This document shows positions 9,316-19,095 of a DNA stretch of 33,454 nt, in pieces. The notes below the pieces were generated by a model. That model had not been told where the DNA came from. It saw nothing but the letters and a program-made list of their open reading frames with translations, and did no database searches. This DNA is from a virus (lineage: Duplodnaviria > Caudoviricetes). How positions within the stretch are numbered: the first letter of the stretch is position 1; every line of letters starts with the position of its first letter. Position numbers and translations under genes: made by a program. The stretch spans positions 1-33,454 of the IMG/VR virus record IMGVR_UViG_3300036793_000125. One strand, written 5' to 3'.

Positions 9316-9788
9316 CCGCTGACGGCACCGAGGCGTTCCTCGCCGCGGCACAGGCGCTCAACGAGGCCGGCGACAAGGAGCTGCGCAAGGAGGTCTATGC
9401 AGCGTTCCGGCGAGTGGCCAAGCCGCTCGGGGAACGGATGATCGCCGAGGGCGCCGCGGAGCTGCCTCACCGCGGCGGCCTGGCCGCCCGTGTGGCCGCT
9501 GCGCGGTTGTCCCAGTCCAATGCGACCACCGGCAGGAATCCGGCCGTGGCGATCAAGCTGAAGGTCCGCGAGGGCTACAACCTGCGCACCTTCGACCAGG
9601 GCACTATCCGGCACCGCGTGTTCGGCTCAAACCGCTGGGTCGCTCAGTCGATCCGCGCCGGCGCATTCACCCGCCCGTTCGAGGCCGGCGCCGACCAGGT
9701 CCGCAAGGAACTGATCGCCGCGTTGGAGAAGGTCGCGAACGGTATCCGCGAAGGCACTGAGGGCGGAAAATTCAAGGGGCACATATGA
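9312..9788 (+). CDS. Tail-associated protein (HK97 gp10-like)
   Basis: 'GTIRHRVFG.NRWVAQ..GAFTRPF' motif; synteny. Confidence 0.65.
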   Translation: MTADGTEAFLAAAQALNEAGDKELRKEVYAAFRRVAKPLGERMIAEGAAELPHRGGLAARVAAARLSQSNATTGRNPAVAIKLKVREGYNLRTFDQGTIRHRVFGSNRWVAQSIRAGAFTRPFEAGADQVRKELIAALEKVANGIREGTEGGKFKGHI

Positions 9789-10234
9789 GGTTCAAGATCG
9801 GCACGAAGACCTACAACGGCGCGGACCTGGATCGCCTGTCGCTGAAGGACATCCTCATGCTCGAGAACGAGACGGCAGAGCTGGGAAAGCCGCTGAAGTG
9901 GACCCAGGTCCAGGAATGGGAGCAGGACCTCGACCGGCTCACGCGCATCGTCGTCGACGAGACGAAGTCGAAAGCGGTGCGCGACGCGGCCATGAAGGAA
10001 CGCGAGGATCACCCCGGCAACATTTGGGTGATGGCGCTGGTCATCTGGTCGTCGCGCCGCCTCGCCGGCGAGCTGATCAGCTTCGGCGACGCGATCGACT
10101 TCCCGATGAAGGACCTGCAGTTCCTGCCCGAGCCGACCGATCACAAGAGCTCGGCAAATCCTACGAAGGCCCGGCCGCGCAAGGGTTCCGGTCGGGCCGC
10201 AAAGCCTCGAGCCGGCGCCGCCACGCGGAAGTAG
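9785..10234 (+). CDS. Tail assembly chaperone
   Basis: Position between tail tube and tape measure; followed by an overlapping -1 frame ORF. Confidence 0.75.
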   Translation: MRFKIGTKTYNGADLDRLSLKDILMLENETAELGKPLKWTQVQEWEQDLDRLTRIVVDETKSKAVRDAAMKEREDHPGNIWVMALVIWSSRRLAGELISFGDAIDFPMKDLQFLPEPTDHKSSANPTKARPRKGSGRAAKPRAGAATRK

Positions 10235-10248
10235 ACATCCAGGCCGGC

Positions 10249-10407
10249 GTGTACCGGCGGCTGCTCATCGTCTGCCAACTCTGGCCATCGATCAGCCCGC
10301 ACGGCCCCGAAGTGCCGACCTCGATCTGGAACCTTCCCTATGGCGTGTGGCTGGCCATCGCTGCCGAGACCGACGCCGCGCTCGAGGCGCAGAAGAAACA
10401 GAAATAG
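10249..10407 (+). CDS. Tail assembly chaperone C-terminal segment (frameshift product or small separate gene)
   Basis: -1 frame segment YRRLLIVCQLWPSISP..IWNLPYGVWLAIA just before tape measure. Confidence 0.6.
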   Translation: MYRRLLIVCQLWPSISPHGPEVPTSIWNLPYGVWLAIAAETDAALEAQKKQK

Positions 10408-10425
10408 CAGCAGGGATAGGGGTGT

Positions 10426-12126
10426 TTGGCCGTGTCGACTGACATCTCGCTCAAGTACCTGCTGCTCGGCGAGGACCGCTCGGCGGGCAAGATACTGAAG
10501 GACCTGGCCGGCCAGTCGGAGAAGACCGGCTCGAACCTCAAGCGCAACATCGTGATGGGTGCCGCTGCCGCCGGCGCAGCCGCGATCGCGTTCGCGAAGG
10601 TGTCGGTCGACAAGTTCAAAGAGGTCGGCGGCGAGACCCTCGGCCTGCAGCGCATCATGGGTGGCACCGCCGAGCAGGCTTCCCGGCTGGACTTCGCGGC
10701 CAAGATGTCCGGCGTCACCTACGAGACGCTGGCCAAGTCGACGGGCAAGCTCGAGAAGGGCCTGTCCGCGTCGCTGTCCTCGGGCAAGGCGACGTCGGCG
10801 ATGGTCAAGACCCTCGGCTTCGACTTCCGCGACGCCCAGGGCCACATCAAGCCGATGTCGGACCTGATGCCGCAGCTGGCCGACAAGTTCTCTCACATGC
10901 CCGCCGGGGCGGACAAGACAGCGCTGGCGATGAAGCTGTTCGGCAAGGCCGGCGCGGACATGCTGCCCTTCCTCAACAAGGGCTCATCCGGCATCGCCGC
11001 GCTCGAGAAGGAGTCCGACAAGTACGGCAACACCCTGACCGGCAAGAACCTGGACGCGCTCAAGCAGTCCAAGGCCAGCCAGCGGGAGTGGAACGCCAGC
11101 CTCGACGGGCTGAAGATCCAGATCGGCGCCCAAGTGCTGCCGATCATGAACACGATGGTGACGTTCATCCGCAGCAAGGTGATTCCCGTCATCGTGGCGA
11201 TCACGGGATTCATGCAGAAGCACGCCTCGGTAGTCAAAATCGTCGCCACGGTGCTGGTCGTCCTGGTCGCCGGGCTGAAAGCATGGGCGATCGCGCAGCG
11301 GATCCTCAATGCGGTCATGGCCACGAACCCGATCGCGCTCGTAGTGATCGCGATCGCGGCGCTGGCAGCCGGGCTGATCTATGCCTACAAGCATTCGGAG
11401 ACGTTCCGCACCACTGTGCAGACGGCGTTCGCCGCGGTCAAGTCGGCGATCCAGGTGATGTGGAACGTCATCAAGCCGATCTTCGACCTGTGGAAACTGC
11501 AGTTCGACATCCTCGCCAAGGTCGGTTCGTTCCTGTGGGATCACGCTCTGCGGCCGGCCTTCCAGGCGATCATCGGCGCGTTCCTGCTGGTCGTGTCCAC
11601 GCTGGTGCACGGCGCGGCGTCGGCGTTCGGTTGGGTGCCCGGACTCGGCGGCAAGCTCAAGAACGCAGCCAAACAGTTCGACGGCTTCCGGGACGAGGTC
11701 AACGCGGCGCTGAAGGGCACCACGAAGAGCGTCACCGTGTCCGCGCACGTATCGGGTGCGCAGGCCGTCATCAACTCGCTGTCCAACGTCGCGAACCTGA
11801 TGGCCTACATCAAGAACGGTGGGCACGTCGACATCGGCGTATCCGGCCGCGGCACCGCCGGCTTCGCGGCCGGTGGCTCGCCGAAGGACGGGGTGTTCAC
11901 CACTGGTGAGAACGGCACCGAACTGATGATGAAGTCCGGGTCCAACCTGCGCGTGCTGTCCAACGCCCAGTCACGGCACTACCTCGCCGGTGGCGGCAGC
12001 GGCGGCGGTAACGACGGCGAGGCGACGTTGACGGTTAACCTGCGCTCGGCAGACGGCCGGCTGATGCAGCAGGAGCTGCTGAAGGTGAAGCGCACCAACG
12101 GCGGTCTCGCGCTGGGGCTGGCGTGA
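10426..12126 (+). CDS. Tape measure protein (short, 566 aa)
   Basis: Helical Ala/Lys-rich; 'LAMKLFGKAG', 'NPIALVVIAIAALAAGLIYAYKHSETFR'. Confidence 0.92.
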   Translation: MAVSTDISLKYLLLGEDRSAGKILKDLAGQSEKTGSNLKRNIVMGAAAAGAAAIAFAKVSVDKFKEVGGETLGLQRIMGGTAEQASRLDFAAKMSGVTYETLAKSTGKLEKGLSASLSSGKATSAMVKTLGFDFRDAQGHIKPMSDLMPQLADKFSHMPAGADKTALAMKLFGKAGADMLPFLNKGSSGIAALEKESDKYGNTLTGKNLDALKQSKASQREWNASLDGLKIQIGAQVLPIMNTMVTFIRSKVIPVIVAITGFMQKHASVVKIVATVLVVLVAGLKAWAIAQRILNAVMATNPIALVVIAIAALAAGLIYAYKHSETFRTTVQTAFAAVKSAIQVMWNVIKPIFDLWKLQFDILAKVGSFLWDHALRPAFQAIIGAFLLVVSTLVHGAASAFGWVPGLGGKLKNAAKQFDGFRDEVNAALKGTTKSVTVSAHVSGAQAVINSLSNVANLMAYIKNGGHVDIGVSGRGTAGFAAGGSPKDGVFTTGENGTELMMKSGSNLRVLSNAQSRHYLAGGGSGGGNDGEATLTVNLRSADGRLMQQELLKVKRTNGGLALGLA

Positions 12127-14015
12127 CCAGCGTCCTGGACAACCTGCACGTCGAGTGCTCACTCACCACCTTGCCCGACGACCCGGCGCCTGTGTGGGTG
12201 GACATCACTCAGTGGGTTGATCTCGCTGTCGGTATCCAGATCCAGTCACACGGCCGGCCCGACGAGCTGGCCTCGGTGCAGCCGACCCAGTGCACGATCC
12301 CGCTCATCAACGACGATGCGCGGTTCACCAGCGACAATGTGGCCTCGCCGTACTACCCGAACCTGAAGATCCGCAAGAAGATCCGCGTCTACTACGACGA
12401 CGGTGTCAACCCACGGGCCTACCTGTTCACCGGCTATGTCGAGGAATGGCCGGTGGAATGGCCCAACGCCTCGGTCAACAATTCGGCGGCCGTGGTCACC
12501 GCTGTGGACAGGTTCAAACGGCTCGGGGTCGTCAACTCGCTGCGGTCGGTGCTCGAGCAGGAGATTCTGGCAGATCACCCCGCCGCCTATTACACGCTGG
12601 GCGAACCGAGCGGCTCGCTCACCGCCGGCGACACGTCGAAAGACGTTGTCAATGCGCTCATTACGGCGACCCAGTTCGGCACGGGCGGCGCGATCAACTT
12701 CGGCGCCGGCACCGGCCCGGGCAACGACGGACTGTCCGCAGCGGTGTTCGCACCGGTAGACGTGCTCAACGGACAGTTCCTTTCCGGCCAGACGCCATCA
12801 TCGTTTGACTCCCCGACGGGCGCCACCCTGGAAGCGTTCATCAACACCCCGCCGGGCACGAAAGGCACGGTCGTGCGCATCCAGTCGGCGCTAGACAACT
12901 ACCTCGAGATCGCCCTCGCCTTCGGCGACGGCAGCGTGATGCTCAAACGCAACACCAACGGCGGCATATTTGCTATCAGCAACTCCGGTATCCCCTCGGT
13001 GTCAGACGGGCAGACGCATCATGTCGCCATCACCGCCGACGTCACCGGCGGGCACATCATCATCTACGTCGACGGGAATGCGGCGGCCACGGCCTCCGGC
13101 GGATTGACGCCCATCGCCGCGACGTCGATCATGATCGGCGGCGCATCGCCCGGCGCCGACTACGGCTGTTTGAACGGCACGATCTCCCACGTTGCGGTCT
13201 TCCGGTCGGTACTGTCGGCCGCGCGCATTCTCGCTCACGCCCAGGCTGGCTTGACCGGCTTTGCAGGCGAGCGTTCCGATCAGCGGATCGCGCGGATCGC
13301 CGGCTACATCGGCATCCCTACCGGCGAGCAGTCACTGGACACCGGCCTGTCGACCTCGATCGCGTCAGTGCCGATCAGCGGTCTGGCGCCGCTGCAGGCG
13401 ATGCAGGACGTCGCCGACACCGAGGGCGGCCTGTTGTTCATGGCGGGCGACGGCACGCTCACTTTCCAGTCGCGCGCGCACCGCTACAACGCGGCCAGCG
13501 TGCTGACCCTTGTAGGCGATTCCATCGACCCGGCGGCCAGGTTCGTCAAGAACGACGCGTATCTGGTCAACGACGCGACGGTGTCCAGACCCGGCGGCAT
13601 CACCTTCCGCGCGATCAACCAGGCATCCATCAATGACCATGGCCCCGCGCGGATCACGCCCACCCTGTTGACGACGTCGGACAACGAAGTGGTCGATGCC
13701 GCGAACTGGAAGGTGAACGAGCATGCCGTGCCGGCACAGCGGCTGCCGGCCATGATCGTCGATCTGCTGACCAACCCGACGCTGATCCCGAGCGTGCTCG
13801 GCCTGCGCCTGTCCGATCGGATCACCACGGCGGGCCTGCCGACGCAGGCCCCCGCGTCGAGCCTGGACATGTTCGTTGAGGGCTGGGCGATGACGATCGG
13901 CACCTCGGGCTGGCCGGTGACGTTCAATCTTTCCCCCGCGGGCTCATCGGGCGTGTGGCAGTTGGACTCCTCCACTTATTCGGTGCTCGATTCGACGACC
14001 AGATTGGCGTATTGA
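12123..14015 (+). CDS. Minor tail protein with LamG/concanavalin A-like domain
   Basis: 'WVDITQWV', 'PAAYYTLGE', 'DGQTHHVAIT..IYVDG', 'NGTISHVAVF'. Confidence 0.85.
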   Translation: MTSVLDNLHVECSLTTLPDDPAPVWVDITQWVDLAVGIQIQSHGRPDELASVQPTQCTIPLINDDARFTSDNVASPYYPNLKIRKKIRVYYDDGVNPRAYLFTGYVEEWPVEWPNASVNNSAAVVTAVDRFKRLGVVNSLRSVLEQEILADHPAAYYTLGEPSGSLTAGDTSKDVVNALITATQFGTGGAINFGAGTGPGNDGLSAAVFAPVDVLNGQFLSGQTPSSFDSPTGATLEAFINTPPGTKGTVVRIQSALDNYLEIALAFGDGSVMLKRNTNGGIFAISNSGIPSVSDGQTHHVAITADVTGGHIIIYVDGNAAATASGGLTPIAATSIMIGGASPGADYGCLNGTISHVAVFRSVLSAARILAHAQAGLTGFAGERSDQRIARIAGYIGIPTGEQSLDTGLSTSIASVPISGLAPLQAMQDVADTEGGLLFMAGDGTLTFQSRAHRYNAASVLTLVGDSIDPAARFVKNDAYLVNDATVSRPGGITFRAINQASINDHGPARITPTLLTTSDNEVVDAANWKVNEHAVPAQRLPAMIVDLLTNPTLIPSVLGLRLSDRITTAGLPTQAPASSLDMFVEGWAMTIGTSGWPVTFNLSPAGSSGVWQLDSSTYSVLDSTTRLAY

Positions 14016-14431
14016 TGCGCGACGCGAGCTGGTACTCCAAGCACCCGGCGGTGCTGCATGTGCCGGCATCGGCCGGTGCGGAATGGTGCCCCGCTCGCGA
14101 GGATCTGTGGGCGGCCACCACTCCGTTCGACCCTGCCGTGAAGACGGCGAAGGTCGCGCCGGTGCTGGTGTATGCCAACGAGGGCCGATGGATCGTCGAG
14201 TGCGTCGACTGCAGAGGTGCACAGCTGGCGTGCGCAACCGACCTCCGGTTCATGTGTCACTGCTGCGCGAACGTGATGGTCGGCGGGCTGTGGCGGCCGA
14301 CAAAATGGCCAGGCAACCGAGCTGCGGTCGAGGCCGCGTTGGCGCCTCGCCAGCTCGGGAATCAGAACTGGATCCCGGGCGAGAAAGTCTCGGAGCTGAA
14401 GGCTGAGAACCGTGTGATGGGGGTCGGCTGA
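14015..14431 (+). CDS. Hypothetical Cys-containing protein in tail module
   Basis: TGATG coupling at both ends; 'NEGRWIVECVDC', 'FMCHCC'. Confidence 0.75.
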   Translation: MRDASWYSKHPAVLHVPASAGAEWCPAREDLWAATTPFDPAVKTAKVAPVLVYANEGRWIVECVDCRGAQLACATDLRFMCHCCANVMVGGLWRPTKWPGNRAAVEAALAPRQLGNQNWIPGEKVSELKAENRVMGVG

Positions 14432-14913
14432 TGGCGTGGACTTCGCCCCGCACGTGGGTGGCCGGTGAGGTGGTCACCGCGGCCATCATGAACACCCACG
14501 TGCGCGACAACCTGGTCGCTATTAACCCTGACGCGACCGGGGCCTGGAACTCCTACACGCCGACCCTGACGCAGAACGCGGTCGCAGTGGCCAAGACCGT
14601 CGGCTATGCGAAGTACAAGCAGACCGGCAAGAATCTCGAGGGCACCGTCGTCATGACCCCGACCGCAGCGGGCACAACGACGACGGTCATCAACTCATCC
14701 CTTCCCGTCGCACCAGTCGCCGTCAACCCGGTCATCGGTCCGTTCTGGTATCTGGCCGCCGCGGGCACGCGCTACGAGGGAGTCGCGATCTGGACCGGCG
14801 GCCTGGTGTATTTCCAGCACGCAACCGCGGCCAACTGGTTCGGCATCGCACCGGCATTCGCGATCGCCAACGGCGACACGTTCACCTTCAAATTCAACTA
14901 CGAGGTCGCGTGA
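14431..14913 (+). CDS. Minor tail / receptor-binding protein
   Basis: N-terminal 'MAWTSPRTWVAGEVVTAAIMN', 'WNSYTPTL', beta-rich C-terminus. Confidence 0.8.
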   Translation: MAWTSPRTWVAGEVVTAAIMNTHVRDNLVAINPDATGAWNSYTPTLTQNAVAVAKTVGYAKYKQTGKNLEGTVVMTPTAAGTTTTVINSSLPVAPVAVNPVIGPFWYLAAAGTRYEGVAIWTGGLVYFQHATAANWFGIAPAFAIANGDTFTFKFNYEVA

Positions 14914-14948
14914 CGGTGTTTCACCGAGGGAGATGGGATGCGTGACCT

Positions 14949-15167
14949 ATGACGTTGACAACCCTCGTGGCGCTGGGCTCGGTCGTCGGCGTCCTGATCT
15001 CGCTGGCGACTCTTTGGCTGCTGTGGCGGCAGGTAACGGCCGGCATCCGCGAGACACGTGAGCGTCCCTTTCGGGACGCCCTGCAAGCCATGACCGAGGA
15101 CCGCAACTATTGGCGCGATCGCGCCGATGCGTACGAGACGGAACTGCGGAGGCGTGAAGAACAATGA
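14949..15167 (+). CDS. Membrane protein (lysis cassette)
   Basis: N-terminal TM helix plus coiled coil. Confidence 0.75.
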   Translation: MTLTTLVALGSVVGVLISLATLWLLWRQVTAGIRETRERPFRDALQAMTEDRNYWRDRADAYETELRRREEQ

Positions 15168-15502
15168 CGCTAAACCCAATCAAGAAGCTCGAGCCGTTGG
15201 AGCGCGGCGTGTTCAAGATCGTCGCGTTCTGCGTCTTCCTGACCCTGGTGTGCGGCGCGCTCGGGCTGGCCTTGTCCGCGCAGAGCAACGCGAACAAGGC
15301 GCAGTTCGGCCTGCACGGATCGTGTCAGTTCTGGCGTGACCTGTCGGACCTGCCGTTGCCGGCCAACTCGACGAAGGTGGCATTCTCGATCGTCGCCGAC
15401 TCGAGGGTCGCCTACACCCGCCAGTCCTGCGACGTCGAGCTCGGAGCGTTGCCGGCGCCAGACCCGCGGGTGCTGCCGTACCTGCCACCGAGCATGCGAT
15501 GA
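15164..15502 (+). CDS. Membrane protein (lysis cassette)
   Basis: One TM helix; two Cys in predicted external domain; ATGA coupling. Confidence 0.75.
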   Translation: MTLNPIKKLEPLERGVFKIVAFCVFLTLVCGALGLALSAQSNANKAQFGLHGSCQFWRDLSDLPLPANSTKVAFSIVADSRVAYTRQSCDVELGALPAPDPRVLPYLPPSMR

Positions 15503-16506
15503 CCGCTGTCGTCGAGCCGCGCACGCTCGAGCAGCACGTCGCCGCTGCCGCGGTGCTGTTCGCGTTCGACGCTGCGTTCCCGCCGCCCGGCAGCACGTAC
15601 AAGGCCAACGGCGGCATCGCCACCAACGTCTACCTGGTCGGCAACTTCGCCCAAGGCGCCGCGCACGTCAAGGCACAGCGCGCGGCCGGGATCGCACCGT
15701 GGCCGGGTTACGAGCTGCAGCCGGGCGAACTGATCTCCGATAGGCCCACCGGTCAGGCAGCGGGCCGTGCAGGCATCGCCGCGGCGATCGCTGCCGGCTT
15801 CCCGGCCGACGGATCGATCTGGTTTCAGTTCTCCGTCGACACCGCGGTGGCCACGACCGATTACCACAAGGTCCGCGATGCCTTCCTCGGCATCCAGGAC
15901 GTCAACGCCGGCCGGTTCCGGATCTCGTGCTACGGCCAGGGCGGCCTGATCAGCTACCTGCGCGCACAGCATGCGATAGCCGAGAAGGGCTGGCTGTCCG
16001 CCTCGAGCTCGTTCCCGGGTTTCAATCCGAGCTCGCCAGACATCTGCATGTGGCAGCAGGTCGGCAACTTCATCCCGGGCTACTCGACCGACCGCAACGT
16101 GATCACCGACGTCGCCGCGCTGCACGCGTGGTGGCCAGACAACTCACCCTACGTAGGAGACGGCGACATGACCGACGACGCATCAGTGACCAAGATCGTC
16201 CGCGAGGAACTGCAGTTCGCGCTCGGCTACCTCGGCGGGCACCCGAACACCCGATACGGCCCCGGCCCGACAGTCGGGAACCTGCTGCCCAACGGCGGCG
16301 TGGCCGTCGCATCCGGCGTCGACCCGATCCCGACGCCGGCTCAGATCGCAGCCGCCGTAAAGGCGAACATCGCGCCGCCCGTCGTCGACGTCGCGGCATT
16401 GGCCAAGGTGCTCACACCGGGTCTGGTGTCTGCGCTGCAGGCCCAGGCCGTACTCACCGAAGCAGACGTCGAGACGGCGCTGCGCAACGTTCTCCACTCC
16501 GCCTGA
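15499..16506 (+). CDS. Endolysin, DUF1906/GH25-like glycoside hydrolase
   Basis: 'FAFDAA', 'GFP..SIWFQFSVD', 'SCYG', 'CMWQ', 'STDRN' pattern; precedes holin. Confidence 0.75.
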   Translation: MTAVVEPRTLEQHVAAAAVLFAFDAAFPPPGSTYKANGGIATNVYLVGNFAQGAAHVKAQRAAGIAPWPGYELQPGELISDRPTGQAAGRAGIAAAIAAGFPADGSIWFQFSVDTAVATTDYHKVRDAFLGIQDVNAGRFRISCYGQGGLISYLRAQHAIAEKGWLSASSSFPGFNPSSPDICMWQQVGNFIPGYSTDRNVITDVAALHAWWPDNSPYVGDGDMTDDASVTKIVREELQFALGYLGGHPNTRYGPGPTVGNLLPNGGVAVASGVDPIPTPAQIAAAVKANIAPPVVDVAALAKVLTPGLVSALQAQAVLTEADVETALRNVLHSA

Positions 16507-16521
16507 AAGGCAGGAATCACC

Positions 16522-16830
16522 ATGCTCGCAAAGCTCAAAGCACTACTCCAGAAGTTCGGCTCAACCAAGACCGGCAAGATCGTCACCCGGGTCGTGGTCG
16601 CCGGCGCCGTGGCCGGCGCCGCGGCGTTCATCGCCCAGGTCACCGCGTCGGGCGTGCTGTCCACCGGTCACGTCACCGACCTGTCGCTGTGGTCCAAGGC
16701 GGTCGTCGCCGCCGCCGGCGCCGGCGCGGCCGCCGCGCTCACCCTGGTGCAGTCGCTCATATCGCAGGCGCTCACCGGACTGCCCACGATCGGCGCGCTC
16801 GTCAACCGCAACAAGCCGGCCGGCCCGTGA
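16522..16830 (+). CDS. Holin
   Basis: Two hydrophobic segments, basic N-terminus, directly after lysin. Confidence 0.7.
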   Translation: MLAKLKALLQKFGSTKTGKIVTRVVVAGAVAGAAAFIAQVTASGVLSTGHVTDLSLWSKAVVAAAGAGAAAALTLVQSLISQALTGLPTIGALVNRNKPAGP

Positions 16831-17369
16831 CCCTCAGCATCGCCGACCTCAGCCAGTTCCTGACCGCTGCCCCACCCGACGGCAGCCTGGCTGAGGTCCG
16901 GTCTTTCTACTCCCCGATCGACAAGATCGAGGAGGTCCTCGAGGCCGTCATCAGTTCGGCGCAGCACTCGGTCGTCGTGTCGATGTTCGGCTACGACAAC
17001 GACAAGCTCGCGGCGATGCTGGACAGTGCCTTGAAGAACCCCGACATGCACGCGCAGATCACCCTCGACTCATCGCAGGCCGGCGGTGTGCACGAGAAGG
17101 CGATCCTCGAGAAGTACTCGCACGAGATGACCGGCAACTCCGTCGCGATCGGACGCTCTGAGAAGGGCGCCATCGTGCACCGCAAGATGATGATCGTCGA
17201 CGGCCTCTGGTGGGTCGGCGGCTCGACGAACTGGAGCACCAGCGGCGAGACGCTGCAGGACAACGAGCTCACGGTCATCCGCGACGCGATGCACTGCACC
17301 AGGGCGCGGTCGGTCATCGACATCGCCCACGATCACATCCTGTCCGTCATGGCAGCAAAGGCCGCGTGA
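16827..17369 (+). CDS. Phospholipase D-like domain protein (single HKD motif)
   Basis: HRKMMIVD (HxKxxxxD) + GSTNW + DNE; GTGA coupling to holin. Confidence 0.9.
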   Translation: MTLSIADLSQFLTAAPPDGSLAEVRSFYSPIDKIEEVLEAVISSAQHSVVVSMFGYDNDKLAAMLDSALKNPDMHAQITLDSSQAGGVHEKAILEKYSHEMTGNSVAIGRSEKGAIVHRKMMIVDGLWWVGGSTNWSTSGETLQDNELTVIRDAMHCTRARSVIDIAHDHILSVMAAKAA

Positions 17370-17596
17370 TGATGCATTGGTATTGGGCGGTCTGGTTCCT
17401 GATCGGCTTCGGTGTGCCCGAAGGCATCGCGATGGTGCGACGGCACTACCAGGACACGCTCTCCTGGACCGTGTGGCGCTGGTGCGACATCGTCCCGGGC
17501 AACACGTTCGGGCAGTTCACATTCCTGCGGTACCTGCTGATCGTCGGACTGCTGTTCGCCTTCCTGCACCTCGGCTTCGGCCTACTCCGCGGCTAA
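17369..17596 (+). CDS. Membrane protein (two TM helices)
   Basis: MMHWYWAVWFLIG..DTLSWTVWRW..LFAFLHLGF. Confidence 0.8.
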   Translation: MMHWYWAVWFLIGFGVPEGIAMVRRHYQDTLSWTVWRWCDIVPGNTFGQFTFLRYLLIVGLLFAFLHLGFGLLRG

Positions 17597-17618
17597 TCGA
17601 AAGGACCCCCTTTCTGAT

Positions 17619-17783
17619 ATGAGAATTCTCGTGATCGTCGTGTTGCTGATCGTCGGCGCAGTGTTGATGTGGCTCTGGATCCGAGGCTGGACCAAGCTCT
17701 ATGCCGAAGGGCTGACCGACCTCCCGCCACCTGGCATCAGCCTGGCCATTCGAGCAGCCGAGAGGCGGCCGGCCGATGACTAA
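17619..17783 (+). CDS. Small membrane protein, 54 aa (absent from ORF track)
   Basis: Manual translation MRILVIVVLLIVGAVLMWLWIRGW..RRPADD*; AAAGGA upstream; overlaps next start. Confidence 0.6.
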   Translation: MRILVIVVLLIVGAVLMWLWIRGWTKLYAEGLTDLPPPGISLAIRAAERRPADD

Positions 17784-18537
17784 CGCCTACGGCTGGGTCA
17801 AGGACACCCACGACCCGCGCGACGTGCAGTACAGCGCGCCGGCGCCGGTCTTCGAGCAGCTGCCCGCGCTGGTCGATCTGTCGACCGATTCGGCGATGCC
17901 TCCGATCTGGAACCAGGAGCAGCTCGGGTCATGCACCGCGCACGGCACCCTTGCCTGTTTCCTGTTCGCAGCGAACAAGCTCGGCGCGGGTGATCCGATG
18001 CTGTCGCGGCTGCAGCTGTACTACAACACGCGCGCCATCGAAGGCACGGTCGGCCAGGACGCCGGCGGGCAGATCCGCGATGCGATCAAGGCAACCACTC
18101 TCGGCATCGCGCCTGAGGACATGTGGCCTTACGACACCGACCGGTTCACGGTGCAGCCTCCGCCCGAGGTGGTCCAGGCGGCCGCGTCCAACGTCGACGT
18201 CGACTACCGTCGCGTCCCGCAGGACCTGAACCACATGCGAGCGTGCCTGGCCGAAGGATTCCCGATCGACATCGGGTTCACCGTCTTCGAGTCCTTCGAG
18301 TCACCGGAGGTCGCGACTACCGGCGTCGTGCCCATGCCCGGCCGCGGTGAGCAGATCGTCGGCGGGCACTGCGTCGCCGTGGTCGGCTACGACGACGCCA
18401 AGCAGCAGTTCCTCGTCCGCAACAGTTGGGGCACCAGTTGGGGCACCAGCGGCTACTTCCTGATGCCCTACGCATTCCTGACCCAGTCCGATCCGGAGCT
18501 GGCGTCGGACTTCTGGACGATCCGGACGGTCACCTAG
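17776..18537 (+). CDS. Papain-like cysteine peptidase (family C1)
   Basis: Oxyanion Gln and catalytic Cys in QEQLGSCTA, His in GGHCV, Asn in VRNSWG. Confidence 0.93.
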   Translation: MTNAYGWVKDTHDPRDVQYSAPAPVFEQLPALVDLSTDSAMPPIWNQEQLGSCTAHGTLACFLFAANKLGAGDPMLSRLQLYYNTRAIEGTVGQDAGGQIRDAIKATTLGIAPEDMWPYDTDRFTVQPPPEVVQAAASNVDVDYRRVPQDLNHMRACLAEGFPIDIGFTVFESFESPEVATTGVVPMPGRGEQIVGGHCVAVVGYDDAKQQFLVRNSWGTSWGTSGYFLMPYAFLTQSDPELASDFWTIRTVT

Positions 18538-18557
18538 ACCTGTATAGAAATACAACG

Positions 18558-18605
18558 AAGCCCCGGTCGGCCCGACTCAACGTCGGTGCCCGGCCGGGGC
18601 TTTTT
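18558..18605 (+). terminator. Intrinsic terminator ending the late operon (probably bidirectional)
   Basis: aagccccgg..ccggggc stem followed by TTTTT, between convergent genes. Confidence 0.85.
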
Positions 18606-18612
18606 GCTGTGC

Positions 18613-19095
18613 TCAGCCGCCAGAGATCAGCCGGCTCTTCGCGGCCGCGAACTCCTCGTCGCTCAGCACGCCCGTCTGATGCATCTGTGACAGGTTGGCG
18701 ATCTGTGTACCGAGATCCGGTGCCGGTGCTGCAGCGGCCGCGGCGGGGGCGTGGCTGGCCGCGATCGCGCCGTCGATCGCGGCGCGGATCTTCTCGAACG
18801 CCGGCATCTGCTGCCTGGTGAACACCACGCTGTTCTCGTCCTGGACCGCGCTGCTGGTCTGACGCCCGAACCGCGCGCGTGCTTCGTTGCCGCCTGGGAC
18901 GGTGAACTGGATGAAGCCATTCATAACCGGCCCCGCGGGCTTCCATTGCACCGCGGCGATCGAGTACAGAGGGATCCGCTTTTCGCCTTTGCCTGAGGTG
19001 GATCTGGCGAGAAATCCCTTGCGGGTGATGGTGACGAACTGGCCGTCGAACTCGATCTGGCCGCCGTGGCCCTTGGCTTCAATGACGTCTGGCAT
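18613..19095 (-). CDS. DUF4429-like domain plus SHOCT protein
   Basis: 'GKGEKRIPL..IAAVQWKPAG..GFIQF', 'DENSVVF'; C-terminal 'GVLSDEEFAAAKSRL'. Confidence 0.85.
   Translation of the reverse strand: MPDVIEAKGHGGQIEFDGQFVTITRKGFLARSTSGKGEKRIPLYSIAAVQWKPAGPVMNGFIQFTVPGGNEARARFGRQTSSAVQDENSVVFTRQQMPAFEKIRAAIDGAIAASHAPAAAAAAPAPDLGTQIANLSQMHQTGVLSDEEFAAAKSRLISGG

Noticed and set aside
15927-16826. Long N-terminal extension of the PLD ORF (480 aa call)
   Set aside because: Overlaps lysin and holin in an Arg-rich shadow frame; GTGA coupling supports a start at 16827
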